Below are positions 51,779 through 64,000 of a DNA stretch of 64,000 nucleotides, piece after piece. Below the pieces are notes generated by a model that was not told the origin of the DNA, did no database searches, and saw only the letters and a program-made list of their open reading frames with translations. Each line of letters begins with the position of its first letter. Within the stretch, counting starts at the first letter, position 1. Origin of the DNA: Octopus bimaculoides (Eukaryota); NCBI RefSeq assembly GCF_001194135.2, contig NC_068990.1, positions 73,811,972 through 73,875,971 of the forward strand, written 5' to 3'. The position numbers were made by a program, and so were the translations under genes.

Positions 51779-54274
51779 CCTATATAAATATATTAAAAGA
51801 AGGCCACTACAAAGCATGTCACCTAACCAAAGATCAGGCTCAGAAGTAGGTTCCACACTCCATTCCAGAATCCACTGTAGTACAATGTGCGACATCACCC
51901 TTGAGATAGGCTAGTGTGTGCAATATAAGCCTAGTAATATAAATAACAATAATTAAGCAGAAAATAGATATGGTATTCAATGCTTTATATAAAGTATGAT
52001 ATAAATCATTGAATGCCATACATTGTTTTTGATAAGTTATTACATATATATGAGGTACATTCAAAAAGTTCCTGACTTTATTTTTTTCCACCAAAACTAA
52101 ATGTCAAATGGGCAAAATTCTTTGGATGGGACATGATGCTGCTCTTCTTGTATGTAAAAATTTTCATGCTGGTAGGCTACAGCAATTCTTGGCTGTTATG
52201 CTTAGAGTATAGTTGTAGTAAACATGTAGAGTTGTGTAAACATGTAGAGTAAACATTCAAATGCAATCAGTATTCTGCTGCATTTCACATGGAACTTTTG
52301 CTTCTCTAAAGTTGTCTTAGTGCATAAGTTATCCTGTGTCTTTTGATTGTAAATTTTGGTCAGAAAAATTTGACTTTTATGCATGAAAATATGGCTGATA
52401 GAAAAAAAATTACATTTGTTATTAATTTTGTAAAACGACATCTAATTAATCTAGATGTTTTCCCTGTTCAAAGGATTAACATAATTAATTTGAGAATCAT
52501 TTTATTATGAAACATATATGTTACAGTTGAAAGTGACATAGTTAAAGAAGTGAAAGAATGTAGAGTCGAATGATTCAAGCATCATTGTTAACTTGGAGAA
52601 GATATAATGTAATGGTTTGTGTAGGGGACACTATATGGCCATCTTTAAAACAGAACAGACATGTGGCTTGATGGTTAGGACATTCAGTTCATAATTGTAA
52701 GGTTGTGAGTTTGATTCCCAGCAGTCCTTGAGTGCTTGGACGTGACCCTTAGTTTCACATTGCCTAAGTCAACTCAGCTGGCAAAAATGAGTTGTACCTG
52801 TAATCCCAAAGTGTCAGCAGTGTCATATTCTTTGTCATATTGAATCTCCCACAGGATTATGGTAAGGGTATGAGTGTCTATGGTGTACTCAGCCACAAAA
52901 AAGCCGGTTTTAAACCAATCAGACAGATTTGTTCAAATTCAAATTAGGCCCCTCACAAAGAGAGGGCCTCACACACATTCTCAAGCAGGAGATGCTATGA
53001 TGAATTTTTAGCATATCATTGGGGCTAATGGTGGAAGCTCAACCTCTCAATGCTCTTCAGGTGGGGCTGGTGTACTACATGAAACATAAAACATCAATCT
53101 TCAGCTTTTATAGAGAAGAGGGCCCCACTGGAAATTCTCTAATTGGGCCCCACACTTGCATGCTAATTTCATGTGCATGTTCTGTTGATCGAATCAACTA
53201 GAAAACTCATCATTGCAACTGATGGAGGGCCTAGCCTTCTTGAACAGCTATCGAATGACAACATGTTGTAAACATGGGTAAACATGTTGTAAACATGGGT
53301 AAAGGAGAAAGTCACTGAGTGGTTGGTCGCTTAACCTTTTAAAAATAAATTTAAGGTTAAAAAAGTTGGCAATGCTTAGATAATGTGGTTCTAGATGCAC
53401 TGGGGCTAGGAACAAAAAAACAATAAGTTCACTCATAGCTTAGCCCAACCAAGATTGACCAAGAACCTAAACAACACTAACACAACAACAACAACAGCAA
53501 CAACAACAGTAACAACAGTAATAACAGCAATAATAATTATTGACAGCAATTTTCTCCAAATATTAATGTAATTATCCATAAATTGCAAATTAGTTTAATT
53601 CATTTCAGCATAGGGAAATAGATTTGAAATTATTTTGAAGTTAGAAAGAAATAAAGAAATCTATATCACATCTACTAATTAAAAAAAACGTCTTATACAT
53701 TATAAAAAGAAATTCTGAAACTTAGAATGGAAGATCTGTCTGTTTAAGGACTCAGGCTGTTGCTTAGATTTTACAGCAACAAATGCATGCTTTTTACAAT
53801 CAAATCAAACTTTGATACTCGAAGTAATCACCTAAAAGCAGCATATTAAAACAGAAAAAAATCTGCTGGAACAGAGAAATTGCATTAAGAAAATGGTGCC
53901 ATCTGTGAAATTTAAAACAGAAAAAATTTAAAACAATATCTGATAGGAAAATATCACATGGCATTGATATGTAATATTTTTTTTATGCTAAGATATAATA
54001 TATATATATTTTTTTATTAGATAATATATAAATCTAAAATATATGTCCAAAACATGTGTCACAAGCAATGAAACATCAGGTAGTGAATCCCACATTTGTA
54101 AAAAATTAAAAGCAAGCACCTACCATCAAAAGTAATAAAAAAAAGATAAATGAAATAAAATAAATTCCAAATAATGCTAAACATATTTTTTAAGAACCTG
54201 TCTCTGAGATTCTGACAGATTGTGTGTATGTATGTATGTATGTATGTATGTATGTATCTATAACTATCTATCCA

Positions 54275-54332
<58 letters not shown>

Positions 54333-55634
54333 ATGTCATGATGACACTGATTAGAACTGTAAGATGGTTGAGCAATTAATTTCAGACAGCTGATGTATAT
54401 AAATAAAATTGAAGAAATGTTCTAGAAGTTTGTATAATATCAATACTACAACTAATTTAATTTGCTTATTCTAAATTGAAAACTTATAACCAACTACCTG
54501 AAAGATGCAATGTCTCTACTAGCAATATTTTGAGAATGTTTTAGTTAAATCCTCTGTGAGTAAAGTCAAATAATTTTAAAATAATTTTTAATTCAATTTA
54601 GTTTTGCCAAAATGTCATTTGGATCATATATAATGCATCAAATTTATTATTATTTGAAAAATAATAAAAATGAAAATTGCCATTTTTCAAAATGGCATTA
54701 TTTTTAGACAGACAAATGTCAGAGAGAAAAAAAAAAGAAATAATGTACCTGACAAACATTTAACTTAAATTCCAACAAAGAAATATGTCTATGAAATACT
54801 TTCAATATCTTCATGATCTTCATGATTATAAGAGATTTAGAAAGATTTAGAATGTATCTTTCATTATCTCCTTTAATATTTGTTAAAACATTCAATATTT
54901 GTTAAAACAATATTTTTCATTTTCCTTTTACACTTTGCTTTAATGCTTTAGTTGTGAAATTTTCCATTTATTGCACTTTTAGTTCAATCACATTGTCTTG
55001 GTAGACGACCATATTTTAGAGTGCTTATACTGCTGGTTGGCTTATCGTTGAAGCAGAAAATAAAAAGAAAAGTAAATGAAGTGTAGTCGCTCATATATTT
55101 TGCTTCAAGATGTGAGCTGAAGAATAAATCTGAGAGAAAATGTTATTGTAAGTGACAGCAGATTTAAAACATAAGATATTAGAGTGTGAATAAAACAAAC
55201 ATGGAAATATATATATAAAAAAGAAAATCAAAAGCCAAATAACTGAAATCTAATGAGCCTCAAAGCATATTTTTCAGCCATAGAATTTATCCAATGCTGA
55301 AAGAAATTGTATGGTACCATGCTAGTTTTCTTTTCTTTTCTTCTGCTTGTCACATAAACAGAAGAATACAGGACAATCTATCCATTTTAAAGATTTTAAG
55401 AACACCTTAAATGTTATTTCAGAAAACAGATGCTGTTAGCTATCAATTATTACTTCTGTACCATTGAATCCACTGAAAAAATTACAGCTGATTTATGTTT
55501 AGGTTAACATTCAATCTCTATCTCCTGATATTAACTTAAACAATTACTCAAGTCTGCTAACTAGTATTTCAATTGTTGGAACTAAAAGAAAAAGCAGAGA
55601 AGACTCAGTAATGGATCTAAGGTCATCATCACCA

Positions 55635-55830
55635 TCATCACCATCGTCGTCGTCATCATCGTTTAATGTCCATCTTCCATGCAGGCATTGAGTTGGATGG
55701 TTTGACAGAAGTTGGCCAGGCAGGAGTTGGCCAGGCAGGAGCCTGCACCAGACTTCCGTGTCTGTTTTGGCACAGTTTTTATAGCTGGATGCTGTTCCTA
55801 GCACCAACCACCCAGCAGAGTGGACATCCA
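55635..55830 (+). mobile_element. Interspersed repeat family D (starts at a (CAT)n tract; also at ~27120, ~46243 and ~51390)
   Basis: Shared 'catcatcgtttaa.gtcc..tttccatgctggcatgggttggatggtttgac' and 'agctggatgc'. Confidence 0.75.
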
Positions 55831-56319
55831 TATTATTGAATAACTAACCAACCTTTTATCATTTCTGTTCAATTGAGAAATCGCCATTTCTCTTCATTTC
55901 AAGTAGAATTGCATGAGAAAAGCAAATAAACTAGTGTAAAATATGACTATTTTCTTGGAATTTACTTGGAATATTTGATTAATCCATTCATTTTATTTCT
56001 TTTTGAGAGAAAGACATAATCTTACTTAGCTACCTCAAAGCTATTGTTTGGGATTGTATTGAATCAGTTTATTTCATAGTAACGAAAAGAACGGAGACAT
56101 TAAAAAAACATAAAATTCCAATTATATATATATATTTTAATCTTAATTGGATCTCTCCAGTGTGATTTTGTATTCTGACTCAAGCTATGTAGATACAGTT
56201 TTTGAATCAGAAAACGAAGTGGGAGTAAATAAATGAGAGAGAGAGAAAGACAGAGAGAAAGAGGGAGAGTAAAGAGAGAGGAAGAGAAATATTAAAGTAA
56301 TTACTTACATGATAAAGTA

Positions 56320-56475
56320 ATAAGCTGTATAGTGAGAAGCTTGGTTCCCAACTGCATGGTTCCAGATTCAGTCCCACTGCATGGCATCTTGGGCAAGTGT
56401 CTTCTACTATAGCCCTGGGCTGGCAGAAGCCTTGTGAGTGAACTTGATAAACAGAAACCAGAAGAAGAAGCCTAA
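56320..56475 (+). mobile_element. SINE family A head
   Basis: 'gtgagaagcttggttcccaactgcatggttccagattcagtcccactgcatggcatcttgggcaagtgtcttctactatagcc'. Confidence 0.85.
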
Positions 56476-56504
56476 TATATATATATACACATATACATAT
56501 ATGC

Positions 56505-56538
<34 letters not shown>

Positions 56539-56581
56539 GTGCATATATGCATATACATATATATATATGTATATATGTATG

Positions 56582-56649
<68 letters not shown>

Positions 56650-58782
56650 CTAGCAGCTAAACCCGGTTTCACCCGGCCTGTTTGGATGATGTGGCTGTGA
56701 TCGTTTTTGGTTAGGCATAATCTATAACCGCGTTTCTCAACCTTATCATTTCCGGTCCCCTGTTTCGATTGGAGCCTCTAGCTGTATGAAGATTTCACCA
56801 CCCCACCTGTCAGAAAATGCCTTCAGGAGTTGTGAAGAAAGAATTTATACGTAGTATGTTTCTGAGAGCTATTCTATTAGACGTCTGTATAATCATTAAG
56901 ACATTTATTTAATTATGAACATAGAAAGAAATTATACATTAATCCCAACTTTTGTAAGCATTTGTATCTTATTTGCAGAGAGCAGAAATTGAAAGATATA
57001 TGAAATGGACGTGCGTGTGTGTGTGTATGTGAGAGAGAAAGAGGGTGAGAAATCGAGATAGAGTGAATGAGTGAAGTTGTGAGTCATTGACTTACGTTGG
57101 CTGGCACAGCAAGTACGAAGCTTTTGAGGCGGCAGATGACTGGGGTGATTTGGAAGATGTGAAGAAATGTCGTATTTTCAGTAGAGCGCTTCTTTGTAGG
57201 CAACGTTTCTCGTTTTCCCTTCTGATGCACAAATGTATAGACTTTGTGGCCTGCCAACACGAGAGCATCCAACGTAGTGTTGACCGTGGGAGAACACTTC
57301 CTCTGTGAGATTTAAACCAACCATTTGCAATGATTGACCTTGTGCCTTATTTATTTCCATTTCAAAGCAGATTTTGACAGGAAATTGAAGCCGCTTAAAC
57401 TTGTAGATCAAATCGGAGGGAGGGAGAGACATGGGAGTTATAAGAACATCTTGACCAGCGGCCGGTCCATTCAAGATGGTTGCCTGTAGAACTCGGGAGT
57501 ATAAATTTTGATGATCATGCGCGTGCCGTTACATATTATTGGAGTATCTAAATTCCGAAGCAGCATGATGAGCGCCCTCCTCAGAAGAAATTCCCCCTCC
57601 TCCCCTTCATGGGAACTTTCCAGGCAGTAATTCCTGCCCCTCCTTCCCTTCCTTGGAGCTTTCCAGGAAGTAATTNNNNNNNNNNNNNNNNNNNNNNNNN
57701 NNNNNNNNNNNNNNNNNNNNNNNNNNNNNNNNNNNNNNNNNNNNNNNNNNNNNNNNNNNNNNNNNNNNNAACTTTCCATGAAGGAATTCCTCCCCTCCTT
57801 CCCTTCCATGGAACATTCCACGAAGTAATTCCACCCCTACTCCCCTCCCTTGGAACTTTCCAGGAGGTAATGCGCCCCACCCTCCTCGAAACTTTCCAGG
57901 AAGTAAATCCTCCCATCCTTGGAACTTACCAAGAAGTAATTCTCCCCCTCCTCCGAACTTTCCAGGAAATGATTCCTCCCCTCCTTCTATTCATTGGAAA
58001 TTTCCATGAAGTAATACCTCCCCTCTTCCCTTTCATTGGAACTTTCCAGGAAGTAATTCGGCATCCCTCCTCGTAACTTTCCATGCAGTAGTCCCCCTTC
58101 CTCGGAGTTTTCCAGGAAGTAATTGCTCCCCTCCTCCCCTTCATGGGAACTTTCCAGGCAGTAATTCCTGCCCCTCCTTCCCTTCCTTGGAGCTTTCCAG
58201 GAAGTAATTCACACCCATCCTCGGAACTTTCCAGGATGTAATTCCTCCCCTCTTTCCATTCCTTGGAGCTTTCCAGGAAGCAATTCACCCCTTCTTCGGA
58301 ACTTTCCAGGAAGTAATTGCTCCTCCTCCCCTTCCTTAGATCTTTCCAGGAAGTAATTCCTGCCCCTGCTTCCCCTCCAAGAACTTCCCAGGAAGTAATC
58401 GCCCCCTCCTCGGAACTTTTCAGGAAGTAATTTTTCCCCTTCTCGGAATTTTCAAGGAAGTATTTCCTCCACCTCCTCGGAACTTTCCTGGTAGTAATTC
58501 CTCCCGTTCCTAGGAACTATTCAGGAAATAATTCACCTCCCACTCCTCAGAACTTTCCAGGAAGTAATTCCTTCCTTCTCGGAACTTAGCTGGACGAAAT
58601 GAATGAGGAAGATTGGTAGAGAAACGAGAGATGTATGAGTAAATAGAGGAAGTGAGAGATGTATATGTGAACAGAATAACAAAATGGAATCGTAGAATAG
58701 GTGAGTAACTTAAGTGCATGAATATCATGACAGAGTCACACAATTGAAGATTGAATTAAATTAAAAAATAAATAAATGTAGA
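56650..58782 (-). mobile_element. Internally deleted Helitron retaining the PIF1-type helicase C-terminus and both putative termini
   Basis: Minus-strand protein: IMLLRNLDTPIICNGTRMIIK and FKRLQFPVKICFEMEINKAQGQSL...VFSHGQHYVGCSRV...KTRNVAYKEAL (helicase motifs V/VI). The 3' end is hairpin ccgggtgaaaccgg ... CTAG|t at 56650. The putative 5' TC end (tctacattt) at 58782 is less certain. Confidence 0.85.
57590..58585. repeat. GC-richer minisatellite, ~27 visible units of ~33-45 bp, consensus ggaactttccaggaagtaattcctcccctcctc, inside the Helitron
   Basis: Directly visible; contains an N gap at 57676-57769. Confidence 0.95.
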
Positions 58783-58904
58783 CTTTAGTACTTGCTGTTG
58801 AATAAATTGTTGACATTTGATTATTAACTCCTTCAAGTTTAATAACCCAATATCAAACATGCTGTTCGTATATTTTCTTGTCAATAATTTAGTATATATC
58901 ATAG

Positions 58905-59120
58905 CAGGAAGCTGGCAGAATCTTTACCTTGCAGGGCAAAATGCTTAGTAGTATGTTGACTGTCTTTATGTACTGAGTTCAAATTTCGCTAAGGTTGACT
59001 TTGCCTTTAATACCTTTCAGGGTTGATAAAATAAGTACCAGTTGCTCACTGGGGTTGATGTAAGCTATTTAGCCTCTCCCCCAAACTTACTGGCCTTGTG
59101 CCAAAATTTGCAACCGATAA
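58905..59120 (+). mobile_element. SINE family B copy
   Basis: 'gaagctggcagaatc...ctgagttcaaatttcgctaaggttgactttgcc'. Confidence 0.85.
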
Positions 59121-61499
59121 TTTAGTACATCAGGAGCTTGGACACTACCACTGTTTCAGAGATACAATGCATGTACCCTTCCATGATTAATCTCTCTCCA
59201 GCATTTCAAGATGGGTTTTCATTCTTTTGTAATAAAGAATACTTTGAACATTCAGAAAATTGTAGCATCTGTGTGTTCCACTAAGCCAACATTCTATGTA
59301 CTGCTTGAATACGTGATATGACTTTGCAAAAATGTTTGAATATCACATGAAGTATTTGACATATGGTAGATCCAACATCGGTTTCTACATACATGCAAGC
59401 TAGTTTGTAAGCATACAAAGACACCTCTTGCTTGTCTCTGCATCAGTGGATGTGATAGGTACTAAAAATTCTGAAGTGTCATCTGCATTGATTTACAGTC
59501 AGCTAGGATCTCCAAGAAGTAGTTCCAACCCATTGTCTTGTAGCAATGAGGAGGAAATAGATCTTGGAGAAATAGGTACAACCGTAAGAGCCTTCCAGCC
59601 AAACAAAATAGAAAACAGCAGCTGGCTGCAGAGAGAGAGCAGTACCAGTAATTATAGGTTCTAGTGATGAAGACCTTGGCTGTTGTTCACCTATATGTCT
59701 AGTATTCCATTTATCATAGCTCCAAGGAAAGCTAAAGAGAGAGTGAATGAATCTGCTTCATTATCAGTGCTACTAATACTAGGGACTGCCAGTGATGTAG
59801 GACACAAGGAACAAAGGTTTCTTATGGTAGCACCTGTCTTGTTAAAAATTAGCAGTTCAACCTCATCGTTGTATAGTGATGAGCAAGATTAAGGAGACAA
59901 GAGAAGTTGGACATCATTACAAAGAAAAAGAAAAGCAAGCCTGAAAAAATGGTTGGAAGATTTGTCCATTAACCCTGGGCTACCTTAAATCCGCAGTTAT
60001 CTGAACTGCCAATGATTGCTAGATCAGTTCTGCTAAGTGATCTGAAGGAATGCAAATGGAATACTGAGAGTTAGAGATTTGGCTGCAGTTCCAAGCAGAT
60101 CAAGCAACCCCTAAAGACTTCCTCATTACCTCAAATGATTATAAAGTGTGGTGAATGCCTGACTAATTGATTTATCTATAACTTATTCACATGCTTTGTG
60201 TTCTAAATATAAGAAACTATTTTTTATCCTTTGCATTAAATAAATAATTCATGAAGTTTCAGGGTTGACTAGTTCAGCATTATCAGTCTCCTAAATTCTG
60301 GGACCTTATACCAATTTTTAAAATCATTAATTCTATAATTCTATTCTGCTTTTTATTCAGGTAATCCACTAAATACAATGCTACACTCACTATTTCAGTT
60401 TAGTAAACCAAAACATGAGTCATTTGTATATTTTTGTATATTTTGTTTGTCTTTTGTAGGAAATCTACAATGAGTTAAATTTGAGCTACATGTTAGAAAA
60501 TATTAATTAAAATACATTTTGATATAAATTATTGCTTTTTATTTTATAAAGCACTAGTCAATTAGAATAATTAATTTTTGCAACGTTATTATTCATTTGA
60601 AAGTTTATGGAAATTAATAAGGAAAACTATTGTCTTTTTTTTTACTTTTTCTAAAAGATACCACTAAATTTTCAAGAGAATCAACTTATGTAGTTGTTTT
60701 TGCTAGTTATACAAAAGACAAAACAAAAATTTCCACAAGTTTTAAACAATATTTAGCATTAATTTAGATAAAGTATAAATTTTTCAAATTTGTATATCAT
60801 TAAGAGAATTTTCTGGTTTTTCAAACAGTCTTTCATCATGGAAAGAGAAATGCTTCTTTTTTTTTTTGTATGTGTGTGTACTGTCAAAGTGTAAAAATAC
60901 TTGCCGATATTACACTAAGACAAATGAAAGATACACGAACATTCCTTTATCTTTTCTTTCTCTAGCAAAGCACTCTGTCTATTTGTAAAAGAATTCTTCT
61001 CTAAATGGGATACAAACTGAAAATACTTAGTACTTTATCAATAAAACACTTTTTACTGACACAGATCATCAGTAATTTCAAGGATTTTTTTAACAATTAA
61101 TTTAGTCAAATAATTTCTTACATTGGTGAAAGGACAGGCCACACATCTAGAGAGAAGTACATGGTGGGTACATTATTTATTGGCTAGAAAGAGGGCATAT
61201 AAAGTTGAACCAGGCAAATTTCAACTCAGACATAGAGAATAGGACAAAACAAAAAAGAAAAAGAAAACAAAATTGCAAGGTAATTAATCCAATATTTTAC
61301 TGAATCTGCTAATTTATTGTTCTTTGACCATGTCAAATATCAAATTTTAGTTAATGACTAACAAGCTGAGAGGAGTGTGTCAAACTACTGGTCAATTGCT
61401 TATATGTCATCAATAATTCTTATCAACTCTGCACATTTAGCTGTCGGTAAAAGTCACAGGTACTTAAAGATTATGTTTTCAGGCAACTGAAAATCTATA

Positions 61500-61945
61500 A
61501 AATTGGTTTCAAATTGTGGTACAAGGCAGAAATTTCAAGAGAGGGGTTAAGTTGATTATGTTGGCCTCAGTACTGAGCTAATAGTTATTTTATTGACCCC
61601 TATAACATGGGAGGCAAAGCTGATCTCAATGGAATCTGAAAGCAGAACATAAAGATGGGTGAAATGCCACTAAGCATTTTGCCTGGCATGCTAATGATTC
61701 TGCCAACATGTCATCTCAATGGAGACCTGTAATATTAGCTTCAAATTTTGGCACAGGCCAACAATTTTAGGGGAAGGGTTTAAGTCGATTACATTGATCC
61801 CAGTACTCAACTCGTTCTTTTTTTATCGACCCTGAAAGGATGAAGGGCAAAGACAACCTCAGCAAAATTTAGACTTAGAATATGAAGACAATATGAAATG
61901 CTGCTAATCATTTTGCCCAGATAGCTAACGATTCTGCCAGCTTGT
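61500..61945 (-). mobile_element. Two tandem SINE family B copies (about 61500-61720 and 61735-61945)
   Basis: Both read 'tcaaatt.tgg.acag...gaaatgc..ctaa.catttt gcc...gattctgcca.c.tgt...ctcaatg'. Confidence 0.85.
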
Positions 61946-62122
61946 TGCCTCAATGAGAACTGCAATTTATATGTGCTTCATTATCCTACTTGGGATGAAT
62001 TTAAGCTGTTCTATGTAATTGGGACTCAACAAAAATGATATATTTTATGCCTGTTTAAACACTTGTTTGCATTCTTAACAAAATTAGATGGCTATTTCTT
62101 TTTTATAAGCAGAGAGTGGCAC

Positions 62123-62640
62123 ACGAGTGGCTGTGTGGTACGTAGCTTGCTTACCAATCACATGGTTCCGGGTTCAGTCCCACTGCATGGCACCTTTGGC
62201 AAGTGTCTTCTACTATAGCCTCGGGCTGACCAAAGCCTTGTGAGTGGATTTGGTAGACAGAAACTGAAAGAAACCCATCATATATATCATCATCATCATC
62301 ATCATATATATATATATATATATATATANNNNNNNNNNNNNNNNNNNNNNNNNNNNNNNNNNNNNNNNNNNNNNNNNNNNNNNNNNNNNNNNNNNNNNNN
62401 NNNNNNNNNNNNNNNATATGTATGTATGTGTGTTTGTGTGTCTATGTTTGTCCTCCCCACCATTGCTTGACAACTGATGCTGGTGTGTTTACGCCCCTGT
62501 AATTTAGCGGTTCGGCAAAAAGAGACCGGTAGAATAAGTACTAGGCTTACAAAGAATAAGTCCTGGGGTTGATTTTCTCGACTAAAGGCGGTGCTCCAGC
62601 ATGGCCACAGTCAAATGGCTGAAACAAGTAAAAGAGTAAA
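62123..62640 (+). mobile_element. SINE family A, full bipartite copy (gapped in the internal microsatellite)
   Basis: Near-consensus head 'gagtggctgtgtggtacgtagcttgc...ggttccgggttcagtcccactgc' and tail '...ggcggtgctccagcatggccacagtcaaatggctgaaacaagtaaaag'. Confidence 0.9.
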
Positions 62641-63195
62641 GGGAGAGTGATAAAACCCTGTCTTGAATTTGAACTCATGAAACGAGCTGTTCACTTGACA
62701 ATGTTGTCCTGGATATGAAAATTGAGAAGATATCAACCACAAGTAGGCCATAAGTAATTAGTATAGACAGTAACATTCAGAAAATGAAACAATATGCTAA
62801 AATCTGCCTTTGAAACTAAATAAAATTTAACAGAGCTTAAAGTAGTGTGAAACAAAAGTTCTGTATGAATTCATTAGACCTTTGTATAGATATACCAAAA
62901 TTCATGATGCAACAAACAATATGTATGAGATACTGAAAAAAAAATAGTATATATAAATGATAGTGACAATCATTTTGAGATCTAGAGTAAGTAAAATCAA
63001 ATTAGAAGTTTGACAGCAAACAGCTGTATCCATTAAGTATAGAATATATTAAATTAAGCAATGTTACCAATTGCAGAGTCCATAATGTCTATTATTGGAA
63101 TTTTAAACTTCTCATATGGTTTTCATCAAATAAATTTAACTGTCCTCTTTAAAGTTAAGGTATCTAGATACAACTACCAAATACCATTGGCATCA

Positions 63196-63590
63196 TCACC
63201 ACTGCCGACCACCACTACCACCTACACCACCACCTACACCACCACCACCACCACCACCACTACCACCACCACCACTACCACTTCCACCACCATCACCACA
63301 AATCACCACCACCAGACCACCAATCACCAGACCACCACCACCACTATCATCTTCATCATTATCGTCGTTGCTGTGGTCATCATCATCATCCTTATCATTA
63401 GCAACATGATCAACATCATCATTATAATCATCATTAGTCCCCCTCCTCCCCCTCCTCTTCAATGTCATTGTCATCGTTGTGGTTGTCATCACCATAGATG
63501 CCATCATTGTCACTGTCATTTCATTAGCTTTGTTAGTTGCCCTCATTGTCCTTATCGTAAATGTAATTAACAACAACAATATCATCACCA
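63196..63590. repeat. (ACC)n/(CAT)n low-complexity block
   Basis: Directly visible. Confidence 0.9.
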
Positions 63591-63766
63591 TTATAATAGT
63601 TCTTTCTGTTTTGTTTTGTTTTTTAATCTCTGTTGATACGAGTTGAATCAGTGTACGTAACTTAATATCATGAAGCTGACTTCAATTGTATAGCATTCTA
63701 TCTGATATATGATATACGATGTCCACACTTAACACAACTAAAATATTCATTCCAGAGACATCTATG

Positions 63767-63838
<72 letters not shown>

Positions 63839-64000
63839 AGTCGGGAACGTCTTTTTACAAGATCTCATAAATTATTGACACATGCATGGTTGTGTGATTA
63901 AGTTTATTTTCACAACTCACATGATTTCTGGTTCAATCCCAATGCCTGAAACCCTTAAAGAAATGTCTTTTACTACAGTCTTAAAGTCAACAAAAGCCTT

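Larger units (their letters stand above)
13803..62415. other. Eleven assembly gaps: 13803-13942, 15458-15765, 18946-19641, 27265-27858, 28227-29170, 32985-33119, 34405-34878, 37468-37653, 47730-48459, 57676-57769, 62329-62415
   Basis: N runs, mostly at microsatellite or tandem-repeat edges. All X-containing ORFs are artefacts. Confidence 0.98.

Overview
Eukaryotic, very AT-rich, repeat-saturated draft-genome sequence with 11 N gaps (~4.4 kb in total). The microsatellite load and the tRNA-derived SINE families look like octopus (cephalopod) DNA; this is an inference from repeat character, not a search result. I recognise no intact protein-coding gene, and most supplied ORFs are microsatellite or N-gap artefacts. 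The window is a graveyard of mobile elements: a Penelope-like element with an inverted end, HERO-, Tx1/L1-, R4/Dong-, RTE- and CR1/L2-like LINE fragments, two mariners, nested piggyBac/hAT MITEs, a Helitron carrying a minisatellite, and about 25 SINE pieces. Beyond the ORF track, the most notable items are an intronless, decayed class A GPCR (29.7-30.9 kb, minus strand), a type I hammerhead-ribozyme-like sequence (20090-20198), a U6 snRNA pseudogene abutting a SINE (20402-20475), a three-clade LINE junction (9-11.7 kb), and a Helitron minisatellite made of kappaB-like plus ETS-like motifs. All translations and alignments were done by hand. Family names rest on motif recognition, and most boundaries are approximate (tens of bp).
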